From Saccostrea echinata (Eukaryota), in the NCBI RefSeq assembly GCF_033153115.1, contig NW_026889769.1:3658001-3722000 (forward strand): 64,000 bases of DNA, written 5' to 3'. Shown in pieces: positions 44,401 to 55,005 of the stretch. The position numbers and the translations under genes were made by a program. The first letter of the stretch is position 1. Every line of letters starts with the position of its first letter. The notes under the pieces are model-generated. The model was given only the letters and a program-made list of their open reading frames with translations. It did not search any database and had not been told where the DNA came from.

Positions 44401-46512
44401 AAAGTGTATAACTGTTTACCATTTTATTTTTTGAAAAGTGGTAAAAATAGTTACCATCTAGTATTTGTAGACTAGAGTATGTGGTTTAGATGGTCAATAT
44501 TTGGTATTTGTAGAGTGGTAAAACTGATGACCATTTGGTATTTGTAGAGTGGAATAACTGATGACCATTTGCTATTTATAGAATGGTTTAGCTTATTACC
44601 ATGTAGTATTTGTAGAGTTGTTTATAACTGATTATTGTTTGATATTTGTAAAGTAATATACCAGATTACCATTTGGTATTTGTAGAGTGGGATAACTGAT
44701 GAAGATTCACATCAGAGAGCACAACACATTTTACTGCATATGGGCAGATATTTCCAAGTACAGGTATATCTCCATCTGTATCTTCATCTATTCAAATATT
44801 ATTTTTAGATTTTGTTGAATTTCTCACTGGTTCTAAACAATTTTCCAACTCAGGTACTGCTAGTAAATGTAGGGAAAAAAGACCATAAAAGAATCATGAT
44901 TAAAACATTTCTAATGCATAGAGTAATGTTTACTTTTTTCAGGATGATTACTTGGATTGTTATGGCAATCCGGAGGTTATAGGAAAAATAGGAACTGATA
45001 TTCAGGAAAATAAATGTAGCTGGTTAGTGATACAGGCTCTGAGAAAGGCAACTCCTTTACAGAGGAAGATTTTAGAGGTATGTGGAAGACATGGTAATTT
45101 GGACAACGTCTAGGTCACTGGATTTGAAGTGTAAAATTCTTGCCCACAGCATAATTTCTTAATGAAATAACTTTAGAAGTTCCACTTGCCAACATTGTTG
45201 ATAATGTGACTATAGGATATGTCATGACCTTAAACAGAGGTCATTTAGATAAGTTCAGGCCTGGAGGTTATAAAACTTTTTGAGTATGTATTCCGTGCTC
45301 AGACTTATACACTGTACTCCAAAACCATACTCATGCTCAAAATTCCATTCTAAATTGTATAAAAAATTTGAGTGTGAGTGTGGTTTTAGATAATGCAGTA
45401 CGAGCTTGATCACAGAGTACGTACTCAAAAAGTTTTATAACCTCCAGGCCAGAAGTGAATTCTAAAGGTCTCAGACATATAAAATAACTTTGTATTGGAG
45501 GAGCATCAGGAGGATCCTAGCCATGGCTATTTGTAGAAGGTCAAGGACTTGTAAGTTAAATGTTCTATTGGCCATGACTCTTTAAAGATAGAACTGTGAA
45601 AGATCATATTTTTCATACTCAGCACAGAGGTTGCTCTTGACAAGTGGTGTATAAACTTCAACCAATTACATTGCGGCAGGATTCAGGCCATGTGTATTGG
45701 CAGTATGATTTTCTAGCAAAATTGCAAAGTTTTTTTTTTTAAGTTATGCCCTTTCTCAAAAAAGAAAGTATGTTCTTTCTTTATTTGACTCCTGGAGGTA
45801 TTCCTATTAGGACAGTTGTCCATTCTGTTTCTTTCTGTAATTTGTCACATCAATCTGCCTAACACACTTATCCCTTTTGCCTCTAAGATGTACATGTACC
45901 ACATTGAAGTGTGTGGTTTACATGATTCACTTCACTTATAATAGTGTTATATACTATTGTAATCATGGCAGCATACTGACCATACTTTAATGCTGTACAT
46001 GAACTAATTTCAAAACTCATATTTTTTCCCTTTTGTTTTTTTATGCAGATTCATGCTCACTGTCAAATATGAATCTGTTTATCCCAATTAGCACTACTTC
46101 AAGGGACCATTGATTCCCATGAGCGTCTTTTATATGTTACATCTAATTTTCTCTTTGCAAAATTTTAATGGTGAGATGTAATTAATACATAAAGGGAAAA
46201 ATAGCAAAATAAACCACCTCTAAAGTCCTCAAGTAAAGGGACATTCTTCAGTAAAACTATTAATTTGTCAACATCTTTTTATATTTAAAGATACTTCAAT
46301 GTATTTTTCAGGAAAATTATGCAGATACTGATCCAAATAAAGTACAGAGAGTGAAAGATTTATATAAAGATTTAAAACTGAAGGAACTCTATCATGAATT
46401 CGAAGAAGAGAGCTACAAAGAACTTATAACTTTGATTGAAAACCAAAGAGGGAGTTTGCCGGAATCTGTGTTTTTAACATTTGCAAGGAAGATATATAAG
46501 CGAGAAAGATAA
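29494..46512 (+). CDS. FDPS: Farnesyl pyrophosphate synthase, 8 coding exons, 353 aa
   Basis: Exons: 29494-29637, 29722-29856, 40972-41052, 41312-41434, 43161-43325, 44686-44763, 44943-45077, 46312-46512 (1062 nt, all phase 0, GT-AG). Motifs: [72 protein letters not shown]-terminal KIYKRER. Confidence 0.97.
30027..31257 (-). repeat. 3' LTR of the Gypsy element
   Basis: Direct repeat of 38181-39411; preceded on the minus strand by the purine tract GTGGGGAG. Confidence 0.97.
31339..32745 (-). CDS. Gypsy ORF3: 468-aa protein with two N-terminal C2H2 zinc fingers; not env-like
   Basis: [17 protein letters not shown] and CPWC...[15 protein letters not shown]; NLS-like PPAKKIR; no signal peptide or TM segment evident; polypyrimidine/AG acceptor TTTACTTTGATTTTAG ends 9 nt before the ATG. 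Confidence 0.88.
   Translation of the reverse strand: MECWICHLNFPSNRDLKNHMMPTHGTMRVVCPWCPDERTYKRVTDLRSHIKSTHPHQLAKYPSDLISESNGVWFSLDPEGYSRLVNGTEWGSTSATHARVLVLEWLSTTRRTTRKKDEWQRGWDKLKITHTQAPTPEALFQPDYDEEALDIHVPTICYTPSAPEIEEMEILHVSLMLGKICLFIGQGRQIFKMNIRDAILTDAKGVASLSRKMSVQKRNEAPQVDQTKMVQLSSPTFQSRLLKFAGLDKNYLDMIYTTTEADDNSPPAKKIRCSSPTPALTAPAIAETPSEPASQSVKESSSSNKPRASMSERALNLLKRGCLPLFPPARRDWGTEQITLKLKDLSILWPPKDWQGMSSDRKLLSWEFTSMTIQQKMDPTRSSSIERVDLLDKFNFLALPGTVEKIGKKEEQIVRKARYIYEQLKTIVSEDNGDSTWVKMLERSCALRDRSTDDLLAIIDSKNIPIRL
33199..36963 (-). CDS. pol: Gypsy pol polyprotein (protease, RT, RNase H, integrase), expressed by -1 frameshift from gag
   Basis: FLLDSGS (PR), [19 protein letters not shown] (RT), DTDASD..RKELLA (RH), H-H-C-C zinc domain, DDE core and GPY motif (IN). 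The ORF is uninterrupted. Confidence 0.97.
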   Translation of the reverse strand, partial: GKWETISLVGRQLVEEPRPSSDDSRGVVLNKEKNISDNGFHITGTLGGVDVNFLLDSGSTASLLSHVEFLKIPKESCPDLQPSNMCVQDLNGHTLSVHGIGRFYISLEDVPHAVDLLVVDMDLPAILGQDFLLQYCHHINYKTKTLQTKKTTVQCWIANDQAATNVEVKKTVSIPANCGVWVPVALTRNGDLTDIGFLEQLNTFSDDIQVLDGLIDTQSDQIHVNIVNFGEEPVKLQARTTIGKCRNAYLLDQGTIPQRVLVLKDTKENTTLEKDLPEHLLDMFERSSINLDQEQKDAFFKLLLQHKDVFSKTPDDLGCTGIIKHKIDTENEKPVRQPLRRQPIAKRDIERREVQNMLEKGVIEPSTSAWASNLVLVAKQNGATRACVDYRQLNAKTVKDAYPLPRIDECLDSLSGAKWFSTMDLNSGFWQIEMAGKDKEKTAFLTTLGLFQFRVMPFGLVNVPSTFERLMENVLKGLQWTECLVYMDDIISYSSTFEEGLQRLANIFTRLQEANLKLKPSKCIFFQKQVKFLGHIVSSQGIQTDTEKISAVKNWPIPRNERQIRSFLGLCSYYRRFVKNFAEIAKPLHDLYKKKTKFLWTPECQNAFDTLKTALTTSPILGFPLPGLPFTLDTDASDKAVGAVLSQNQEGKERVIAYMSKTMNRHEQSYCVTRKELLAVVTALRKFHPYLYGQKVLLRTDNAAVSWVRSLKNPTGQTVRWLQEIETYDLTVTHRPGRSHQNADALSRNPCKPCLRQQQNKDDSDNSDDEKCNGSEGLESIPTIRVTTRSKEIAQCQFRNQVILEGWGVDEIRQMQLEDQSMGMLLLALTDGSVRPKWDVISHNSEAFKTLWRQWDRLKVINGLLYREFQDVDTNKVILQLVVPKQKRSEVIHYFHDVPTGAHLGAEKTTSRIKNSFYWPSMSKEIARYCKKCDLCAARKSSQRQNRAPLGQYIVGEPMERIALDILGPLPESTKGNRYILVMIDCFTKWTEAIAIPDQEAETVITTFVNEIVCRFGTPLQVHSDQGRNFESKAFKEMCELLHIDKTRTSSMRPQANGSVERFNRTLATMLTMYCEHNQKIWDKYLPQVMMAYRASIHSSINTTPNLMMLGRNVNLPLEAVVGKPPSQTDDGIEPNEYIDELQRTLIDVHALAREHLKKSTEYNKCHYDLKAKKQLLERGQPVWLYDDTRKVGVCPKLTSKWKGPYLITKRIDDLNYLVQRTLRKPAKVYHVDRLMPYKGKTLPNWFKKILNKA
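36936..38012 (-). CDS. gag: Gypsy gag (358 aa)
   Basis: Capsid-like KPESYDG..WEEY..HF...A....W....LAASLRGQA motif; CCHC knuckle [14 protein letters not shown]. Confidence 0.95.
   Translation of the reverse strand: MSESGESVDHEVEVRVPESVTFDDGGQGDTYDERQKSSNDERFSPKRHEDNHGPPPSTYSGFSGRPAPQLFSSPIQPVNYMMKPESYDGTVSWEEYISHFNDCAELSQWTERDRVLFLAASLRGQARTFYMSLSVIERRSFDALINKFSQRFGNSRHQNKWLAKLESRRRQQGESAAALGDDIRQMVQKAYCNLDEQAQEILALNHLYKLVTVEMKCRCIDKDCQSISEAADIIDRYEAILGENYDKKKQHARAVKTNDEEFNVPQAVPVMSKLTSSTAPRSNSPDSSSLIQEISSRLDRLERANKKFSPQLCFHCSSPKHFIKDCPYLDKQRPGQRRNQDVLRRQNYQQGNGRPSAL
38160..38177 (-). promoter_or_regulatory. Primer-binding site complementary to the tRNA-Leu 3' end
   Basis: TGGTGTCAGAAGTGGGAT on the minus strand, 3 nt after the 5' LTR; matches the animal tRNA-Leu(CAA) 3' end ATCCCACTTCTGACACCA as recalled. 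Confidence 0.88.
38181..39411 (-). repeat. 5' LTR of the Gypsy element
   Basis: Direct repeat of 30027-31257; adjacent to the PBS. Confidence 0.97.
40803..40935. repeat. Imperfect palindromic element just upstream of FPPS exon 3
   Basis: ATCTCCCCTGGTTTGT...GTTGTGTTTTTATCCC is mirrored by GGGATAAAAATACACAAC...ACAAACCAAGGGGAGAT. Confidence 0.65.
41538..41785. mobile_element. MITE
   Basis: TIR of about 40 bp: AGGCCATCTT(T/C)AAAA(T/A)A(A/T)TGTTTGTTTGCCCTCT. Confidence 0.8.
41981..42073. mobile_element. 93-bp perfect hairpin MITE (Mutator-like, 9-bp TSD)
   Basis: 45-bp arms, 3-nt loop; flanks AGCCCTGAT / AACCCTGAT. Confidence 0.8.
42167..43137 (+). mobile_element. HINE-like element with AAGGTCA-rich tandem repeats of about 140-150 bp
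   Basis: Starts AACTAGATGTGTTTGTGAAGCACTGATGCCCC; about 6 units containing TGAAAGCCCTAGCACC..CAAAAGTTATGGCCAAGGTTAAAG; ends GGACG..GGGGGAATAAAAA, about 25 nt before the FPPS exon 5 acceptor. A related reverse fragment lies at about 47460-47665. Confidence 0.75.
43360..44702 (+). repeat. Minisatellite of about 34-bp units overlapping the FPPS exon 6 splice acceptor
   Basis: Unit AACTGAT(G/T)ACCATTTGGTATTTGTA(G/A)AGTGG(T/A)AT repeated about 20 times; the last unit runs into the exon start AGTGGGATAACTGATGA. Confidence 0.9.
43681..44239. mobile_element. Mutator-like MITE nested in the minisatellite
   Basis: TIR of about 62 bp, CATCTT(T/C)GCTAGCCAAGG..CCTTGGCCTA(C/T)GGTG; perfect 9-bp TSD AACTGATTA (43672-43680, 44240-44248). 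Confidence 0.92.
45256..45452. mobile_element. MITE
   Basis: TIR GGCCTGGAGGTTATAAAACTTTTTGAGTA(T/C)GTA. Confidence 0.8.
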
Positions 46513-46948
46513 CAGAACATTACATTAAGACTTTATCATTTAAAATATTTCGACACAAGTTTTTATGTAAATACAAACATGAACAAGTAATACAGAACAA
46601 GAATCATACTTATTTATCAAAAGTAAGTTCCTTATCAAAGTTTGTCATCCATCTGTCAGTGTGCATGTCTCCAACCTTTTGTATGTGGTCTGTGAACAAG
46701 AAATTCATATTCTACATGTACTTATATTGAGCTTTTAAAGTGAATACTTTAATTCTGGTTGTAACGCTGTATTTGATTGGATAAAAAATTTACTTTATAT
46801 CATATAAAATGGGTTGCCTACGTCACAATGACTTGCGTCAAAAACGTGTCAATCCGCCTGAGGTTACATTCAAATTTTGTACAAATTGAAGTCATTTTTT
46901 TAAGGACAATCATCCTTTTTTCTTATACCAAATGAATGAAAATTAAAT

Positions 46949-47108
46949 TTTAAGGAATGAATTTAATAGCTACCCAATTTATACAGTATAAACTGGGTTG
47001 GAACAGTTAACGCTTTTTTATAAACTGCTTCGCGGTTTATAAAGCGTAAACTGCCCCAACCCAGTTTATACCATATAAAATGGGTAGCTATTAAAATCAT
47101 TCCTTAAA
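46949..47108. repeat. Long imperfect palindrome
   Basis: TTTAAGGAATGA..TAGCTACCCA..TATAAACTGGGTTGG..TATAAAC is mirrored around GCTTCGC. Confidence 0.8.
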
Positions 47109-48379
47109 TAATAAATAGGTAATTGACTGAATACTAACAGTTATAAAGTTAGTTCTGGTCCAAATAAGTAATATGGAGGCATCCGAGGTGTGAAATGGAA
47201 ATCTGTATTGGGCAAGACGTAGCATGGAATGAATTTATCCTGCTGGAGACCTTTACAAGATTTGTTTTTATTAAATAAAATATCATTGAACATCATATAT
47301 TCTCAGTATTACATAATTGCAGTTCAAGATACGAACAATAAATTTCTTCAAACAAAGGTTTTCTTGCTGCCATTTATTTACAACAGATTCATGTAGAACA
47401 GAATCTCACGCCCCTGCTCAGAGACGGTGCATTAGAAAATTTCAGAGAGTCATTTTGCTTTTGCAAAATTTTACAAAACTTTAACCTTGGTCTTAACTTT
47501 TGTATGGTTGGTGCTAGTGCTTTTATATTTCACATGTGTATTCCTTGTGACCAAGACCTTTCATTAGTTACATGTACCAACATTCTTGACCTTTGAGTTT
47601 GACCTACTTTTAAAAACAAACCTTGGCCATGACCTGCCATATGGAGGCATCAGTGTTTCACAAATAAATGGAATCTCTGAATTTTGAACATATGGCATAT
47701 AGTAATTGCCTATGCTTGGATGATTATATTTGTCACATTACATGATGCTGTAGTAGTCCCATTACAGTGAGGGCTTATATGGCACTGTTATTGCCCAGGT
47801 TCACTCTATGTATTGCATTGAAAATACATGCGCCTTAGTTGACAATGGTTTTCGAGGGGTGAAAATTTTCAATGTTACACTCAACTACATGCAATATTTA
47901 TTATATTATACTGAATGTTTTATACAAGTACATTATAACAGTGAACCTTGTGCGCATAAATTCTGCGCAGTCACTATTTTTTGGAATATCACCTGTCGTC
48001 AAGCAATCTTGACTGTTGCTATGCTGCAAGGTGTGGCTTCATCATTCAGCAGGTAATAGTGTATTTTAACAAATGTTTCTCGACGAATCAGATTCAACTA
48101 ATTTATATGAAAGTATAATATCAAAATATGTAATAATATGAATATTTTTTTCATATTATCTCCTTGGGGAACTTATATAGCCCAATATGTGCTTTTTGAG
48201 AGGATGAATAGACAGATTGTTTATTTTTTCTCTATTTTCATGTTACTCGGTTGACTTTCGTTATTATTTGTGATCTAAGGACTGACTTTATCCCCTGATT
48301 CCTAATCTGTCTTTGTGAGGGTGTGTGTGTGTGTTTGTTTCCATCAGTAATGTCATTATACAAGCTTTGTAACTCATTG

Positions 48380-48570
48380 ATTTTGTTTGTTTGCTTTTTG
48401 TCCTATTGAGAATTTTTCACTCATTTTAGAAAGCCACCAATTGCCGGTGGAGGGCTACAAATTTAGATCTGTACTAGGCATTTATAGCCATTGAGCAATG
48501 AAACATCTTTTTCATGCCAGCATCTACTGCAATATGAGACCTCTGTGTATACAGTCTCATCTGATGAACC
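48380..48570 (-). mobile_element. Degraded SINE fragment
   Basis: (TTTG)n tail followed by CACCAATTGCCGGTGGAGGGCTACAAATTTAG..GCCATTGAGCA, resembling an abundant oyster SINE body (recalled, not searched). Confidence 0.45.
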
Positions 48571-51497
48571 AGGGTAATGCAAGCAAAGAGAAAAGGTCAT
48601 CAGAGGTTTTTTTAGGGTGCATAACCATAAACTAGCTTTGTTTGTTTTCTAATGTAGAATATATACACTGGCAAAATCATGAGAAGGGGGCACAGCTGCA
48701 AATTAGCTTTGCTTTCTATAGTAAATATATGAATACTTGCAAAATTTATTGGGGGCATGTCCTCTCCCATTCCTGTATGCCTGTATTTTCTGCTCAGCAT
48801 GAGTGATACAGCTGAGGAAGAGCTAGGGGACATCAGACTTGCTTTGGATGCTGTACATTACTGCAGTTTGCATATAAGTGATGCAAGACATTTGCTGCAA
48901 GTCCAGTCCCAAGTACTGGTACGTCTGGTAGATGCTAATTGGATCAAACTTGAATAAATGATGCATCAAGGGATGATTACAACCAGACTAGCTTCAAATG
49001 ACTTGATGTTTCTGGAGCAGAACCATTTCCTTGTTAGTGGAAGCCCTTGTTACTTAACAAACTTGCACAAGGATTCTTCTTGTCAGCCTTGCATCAGATG
49101 CTGCACCCAAGTAACTGTTTTTGTGATAAGCAGCTAGTGAGTATGACCCTATAGAGCTACATCCAGGTCAAACTACTGTATGGATTTTAAGTTGACTAAT
49201 GTAAGACTTCATTCCGATCTTATATTTTAATGTGTAACTATAGTCATTTGTTGATAAATTTATTATAGATAAAGTGTCTTAATATTCATTTGATATGAGA
49301 CAATGCCTCAGTGTGATAATCATATCCATGTAAAATTTTAAAATTACCTGTTGTTTGTAAAAATGGCATTGTTTTAAACTTTGTTTTAAAATTGGAATGC
49401 ATCATGTATAAAACAAAATTATTTTTAAAAAATGTGTAACAAGTACAACACTTTGTTATTATTCAAAAAATGTTAAATAGTAACTGCTCAATGATGTAAC
49501 ATTGTATTATAAAGGTCATTGTTGTTATATCTTACACATGTAAACTCTTATTATACCCTCCACTTATAAAGTGGGCTGTTTATAGTAATGGGGATGTCCG
49601 TCAATATATATATCTGAACATCCTTCCATTGTCCATAGCACTTGGGGATACCCAGCTAGTATCCACAACTCCTATAGCCTACCACTGAATAAAAGCGTTT
49701 TGATTAACTGAATTGAACGTCTATTTATCAGCAATATAATAGTTCAGAATAGTAAATCGGGAGTGGGGTGGGGGGTCCTTTGTTTTTTTAGTATAATTTA
49801 ACAAAGAATACCTCTTCTTGAATAATTGTATATCACTTGCATGAATCTACAATATATTTTACAATGCACAGGCCCTTAGATTGCTTTAAAAAAAATTAAA
49901 GGGTATCTTTTTTTATACACCCCAATTTTTTAAGTCGAATTTAAGCGATCCAAAGGCCTGTGTACGATGTATGTATATAAGCTACATTTTGTAATGCAGA
50001 TGTAATCGAAATAAAAGCTTTTTAGACATGCTACCAATGCAGAAGATCTACAATTATGTTAAATTAATCTCTAATTATAATCATTATATACCGGTACATT
50101 TTCAATTCATTGTAAAAAAAAAATGTAGTCATTCGAGTATGGAACAACCTTAATATTTTTATGAAGCTAATGTACATGTTTATATATAGGGTGTCTTTGA
50201 ATTTCCTCTAACACAAGAACATGCATCAGAAATATGGCGAGGTTTAGGTTGAATCTGAAGCAACATCTTGTGTCAGTGATGATGAATTTTTGGGTGCATT
50301 TTTGGGGTTGTTGAGCAAAGTAAGATTTCAGAATCTCCGATGTTAATTAGTAACTCTTACAATCTTTCAAGGTAAAGGTAATGGCCTAACAACTTCAAAT
50401 GGTTATTTTTCGATAAAACATACAATAATTTAAAGTCAATTGGTATTTTAAAGGGATATTGTATATATTACGTTGGTATATTATTTAGTTACGATTGGTA
50501 TTGGTGATGAAATACGAAATGCGCATCTAATTTTTCTTTATTGTCTGTATTGTCGTTACATGATATATAGAAAAAAAACATGACCGAGTTTATTGATAGC
50601 AAACAAGATAATGCGAATTAAATCCAATTTGGTGTTATAACGATATTTAAATGTATTTGTACCATAGGACTGGCGGTAAATTTAGATTTTGCTTTCTTGT
50701 TGCTGTGGTGTATTTGCCAGAAGAATCACAGTTTTTTAAAGTCACGCCCACCTTTTGGCATCAAGCCATACTGTGTCAAGACCTTGACTAATGAATGAAT
50801 GATGTCAATTTCAAGACCAAGGCAATGGCTGATGAATGAATTAAGTCAACATTTTAAATTTCAAAAATACTAACATTATTTAGCTTGTCGGTGTCCGCTT
50901 CATAAATGGTTCTGTATGTTTTCTCCGCGTATCCTTAAGCAGTAAATGATACGTCCTATCTCGAATTCTCGTCATTTTCTTTCCCGTCTCCAAATACATA
51001 TAGCAATTTCACATCAGAAGTCCCCGCATTTTTTTTACTTCCAATACCATTTCAAACTTTCACTAAAATGTCACAAATCATTTCATTTTTTTCTGTACGC
51101 CTATTGCCATAAAGAAAAAGTTCAATGCCGATGTTTCCCATATCCATCCCCCTTTTTTTCAAAAAAAAAAAAAAACACGATCTAGAAAGATAAATTTTCT
51201 TTCAGAGTTGACGGCTTGAACATAAAAGCCTACAATCGCTACCCCTATACCTGTACCTGACAAAAATCATGTTTTCTGCGTCTTCAACATTTCAAAGGTA
51301 CAATATCTTCACACGTACCAATTCCGATTTTTTTACCAACAACTTGTAGTAGCAGTGCCGCAGTAAAATATGATCCTTGCAGATGGAGACAGCTATTTAT
51401 ACAGACTCCGGACCGTGTCTTGACACCTCGTAGTAGGCGGTGCTATTTATCAACTCGCTTTTCTCTCATTGGTCCTCTGGTACAAGTAACTTACACA

Positions 51498-51610
51498 ATA
51501 GATATTAATTGGTTAGCTGTAAATACACTCACAGTTTTTATTCACTCGGAGCTCCGCCCCTCGTGAATGAAAAACTGAGTGTATTTACAGCTAACCAATT
51601 AATATCTATA
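51498..51610. repeat. Near-perfect hairpin about 340 bp upstream of the P450 start codon
   Basis: ATAGATATTAATTGGTTAGCTGTAAATACACTCA..TTCAC / GTGAA..TGAGTGTATTTACAGCTAACCAATTAATATCTAT; the loop contains CTCCGCCCC (GC-box-like). Confidence 0.8.
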
Positions 51611-51951
51611 GTGTAACTATAACATATAACACAGAAAAATAACAAGACACAGGGGTAAAGTGAAATTGGCACGTCTGTAGGTCATTCAGTAAAGACAGCG
51701 AAATATATGAATATTTATGGTCTTCTTTCATCAGTTAGTCCTCAGTGTCATATCGAAAGTAGGTTGAAAAACTAGAACGTTTAAGGTGACAAGCTGGAAC
51801 GTTTTAGGTTAGATATCGTTTGCAAACATTGTATTAAAAAGTATTTAAGTTGATGGAAAAAATACTTCTCTTTAGAAGGTGCGAATTTAATTGAGAACTT
51901 GGATGAGATAATACCAGTTCATTAGATTTGAAAAAAAAAATATTTTGCATT

Positions 51952-54121
51952 ATGTGGGTTACTGTGGCCATTATTGTTGTTTTGGTCTGTTTAATTTGTG
52001 GTCTGTCCAGACGACCAAAATGTCTTCCACCAGGTCCGAGAGGCTACCCAATCATCGGCAACGTGGGACTCTTCAAACCTTCAGAAGCTTTGAAAGCTCA
52101 CAGAAGTCTGAAGAAGATTTATGGAGACATATACTCTTTAATGTTTTTCTACAAACCCATGATAATTGTCCATGGATATCACCATATAAGAGAAATTCTG
52201 GTAAAACATGGCGATGTGTTTTCAGAGCGACCCAAAATTCTTCCTTCTGTAGCTGTTGCAAAGGGGAAAGGTTTGTTTTTTGTTGAACATAATGTACAGT
52301 ACGTAATGAAAGTTTAACCATAGTAAAAACAAAACATATTCTATCACTAAACATGTGAATCAGCACAACATTAAATGTAATTTGTGTGTGACTTATTTTG
52401 CTTTATAGGATTGCTTTGGTCAACTGGTCCATTATGGAAGGAACACCGAACGTTTGCTCTGACAACGATGCGCAAGTTTGGATTCGGGAGACGTTGTCTG
52501 GAAAGCCAGATCATGGATGAAGTAGATTGTTTAATGGACGAATTAGAAAAATATGAACAGGAGGCTTTCGATATACAAAGCATTCTAAACAGCTCGGTGT
52601 CTAACGTTATTTGCTCACTTTTATTCGGTAAAAGATTTAATTACGAGGATGCAAAATTTAAGCGATTAATTTATCTGATAAATAAAGTAGCCTCTACTGC
52701 AAGTGCTTCTTCAATCCGCTTTCTTTTTCCTTGGCTTCGCCATTTCCAAACAAGAAGGACTCGCACAGCAATGGAGAGCAGTAATGCCATGACTGCATTT
52801 GTCACAGAAATGGTAGAAGAGCACAAAGTAAATTTCGATGAGAACAACATCAAAGACTACATCGATGCTTACCTTCTGGAACAAAAACAAAGAGGAAATG
52901 AAATTAACACGACATTTACAGGTAATAAAATGGCAATCAAATTGAAACTACTCATCCTCCAAAATGAACACTATTACGCGTTATTTAAACTTTGTTAAGA
53001 ATGATCACCGAAGTTTACATCTATGCGAGAAAATTAAAGCCATTTTTGCCTTTAGACAAAATTTCAGTCAAATTTTTTTTACATTTATAAAAGTTTTGAA
53101 AGTTACTAATGAAGTTGGAATAGGTCTGAAATTGTTTTGGAGGAAAGTTTAGTAAGTTGAAAATACTATATAAAGTTGTGAACCATACACATAAGAAACT
53201 TCAAGTTTGGTTTAGAGGTAGGGTTGTTTTCCATGAGATTAAAGTTGAAGTGTGAGCACAACTTTTGGTTTCCGTACTGTAGTACATTACATGTATGTAG
53301 TATAATAGAAAATCTATTATTTAGACGGGATTGCTTTTCCATGATGCGTTTCACTTTTGACAGATGAACAACTTATCGTCAGTGTACGAGACTTCTTTGC
53401 TGCTGGCACTGAAACTACTTCCACAACACTTAGATGGGCGCTTCTATACTTGATTCATTATCCACATTGGCAGAAAAGGCTCCAGAAAGACATCGATGAA
53501 GTAATCGGTCAAGGCCAGCCTAGGATGGAACACAGGGAACAACTGCCAATGGTGGATGCGTTCATTCTTGAAATTCAACGCCTGGCAAACATACTTCCAT
53601 TGAGTTTGCCCCATGCATCTAATGAGGATTTTGTGTACAATGGACATCTCTTTCCAAAAGGGGTCATTGTATTTTGCGTTTTAGATTCTGTATTGTCGGA
53701 TCCTGAAATTTTCCCCGAGCCTTCAAAATTAAAACCAGAGAGGTTTTTAGACGAAAGTGGGAAATGTCAAGGAGAACAGAAAAATAGACTGATACCGTTT
53801 TCAATGGGTACAGAGTTATGATCATATTAGAAACACGTAATAAGTCATTATTTCAATCAAAATTCCGAAAATCTGTTCAGAAATTACTAGAACATACACT
53901 AAATTCTGTGTAACTAAACACTTCCTTAATTTTCTTTTATAGGACGCAGGGTGTGTTTAGGAGAATCGCTTGCCAAAATGGAGCTATTCTTATTCTTCAC
54001 CAGATTTCTACAAAAGTTTGAGATAAAACCAGAGAATTCCGAGTGTTTGCCTCCTCTGGAGGGAACCTTTGGATTAACCCACATGCCACAAGCCTTTAAA
54101 ATAAGACTTTCAAAACGCTAG
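51952..54121 (+). CDS. Cytochrome P450, clan 2 (CYP2-like), 4 exons, 484 aa
   Basis: Exons 51952-52270, 52409-52921, 53364-53807, 53943-54121 (1455 nt, all phase 1). N-terminal anchor, PPGP hinge, WKEHR, I-helix AGTETT, EIQR, PERF, heme motif FSMGRRVCLG. Confidence 0.96.
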
Positions 54122-54589
54122 ATCTTCATAAAGGAGATGGGTGAACATGACGAGCGATAAGCCTATAGTGTGACAAACATGAAGATGAAAAATTAAATTT
54201 CAATTATATCAAAATTTCCCTTGATATTTCCTCTAACATTAAAATATACTTTATGTAAAATCTCTACAATTTGCAAAAATCCCTCAAAGATTGAAATTAT
54301 TTGCCTGTAAATATTAGACACACACTAAAGCGGGCAAAAAGAGTCATTTTCTCATACTATAACACTATTTTTCGATATGAGTGGGTCTTCGCTCCACCAT
54401 TTCGAAAGTTAATCCTTAAAGTTTACATAAAAATATACATTTTTTGGTTACCAAAAATATGGAGCAATGACCCACTATACCTTAAAAATATACTTTTATG
54501 ACATAACATTCGCATCTTTTCGAGAAATACTAGAAGTCCATGAAGTCAAGGGTCATATCACAAACATGATTTAAATGCCACTGTTCATC

Positions 54590-54683
54590 AGGACTTGTGT
54601 AGTCTATTGGTTAGCGTGCTAGTCTCGAAAGAAAATGATACTTCAGTATTTTTATTGCTAAGGTTCGAACCCCATGAATACCA
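54590..54683 (+). pseudogene. tRNA-like sequence (degenerate tRNA or SINE head)
   Basis: A box TAGTCTATTGGTTAG and B box GGTTCGAACCCC; ends in ACCA; acceptor and anticodon stems pair poorly. Confidence 0.4.
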
Positions 54684-54927
54684 CATTAATTTTTTTAATA
54701 AAAGAATAAATTTTGCCGAAAAAATTTTCCTCAGAAAAATTTTGTTTATCACAATTTCATAAATTTGAATAATGAGAACTTTACTCTAAATATTACATTC
54801 ACAAACTGAACATGATTTTTATATTTCTGAAGCTATAGGCTTTCTGCACGCTATGTTCGCCCATCTTTATTATCTTAACAATAGCATTACGAAAAGATTT
54901 ACGAACGTACAAATACTATATATATAA

Positions 54928-54930
<3 letters not shown>

Positions 54931-55003
<73 letters not shown>
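54931..55003. repeat. (TA)n microsatellite
   Basis: About 36 TA units. Confidence 0.95.

Positions 55004-55005
<2 letters not shown>

Noticed and set aside
48740-49720. Possible degraded LINE coding region and 3' end
   Set aside because: Composition is suggestive, but no convincing RT or endonuclease motif could be read.
29494-54121. FPPS plus P450 as a terpenoid biosynthetic gene cluster
   Set aside because: FPPS has the canonical FARM with upstream FF and looks like the housekeeping enzyme. Clan-2 P450s are abundant in molluscs, so adjacency alone is not evidence.
54590-54683. Functional tRNA gene
   Set aside because: A and B boxes are present but the cloverleaf stems do not pair; kept only as a low-confidence tRNA-like relic.
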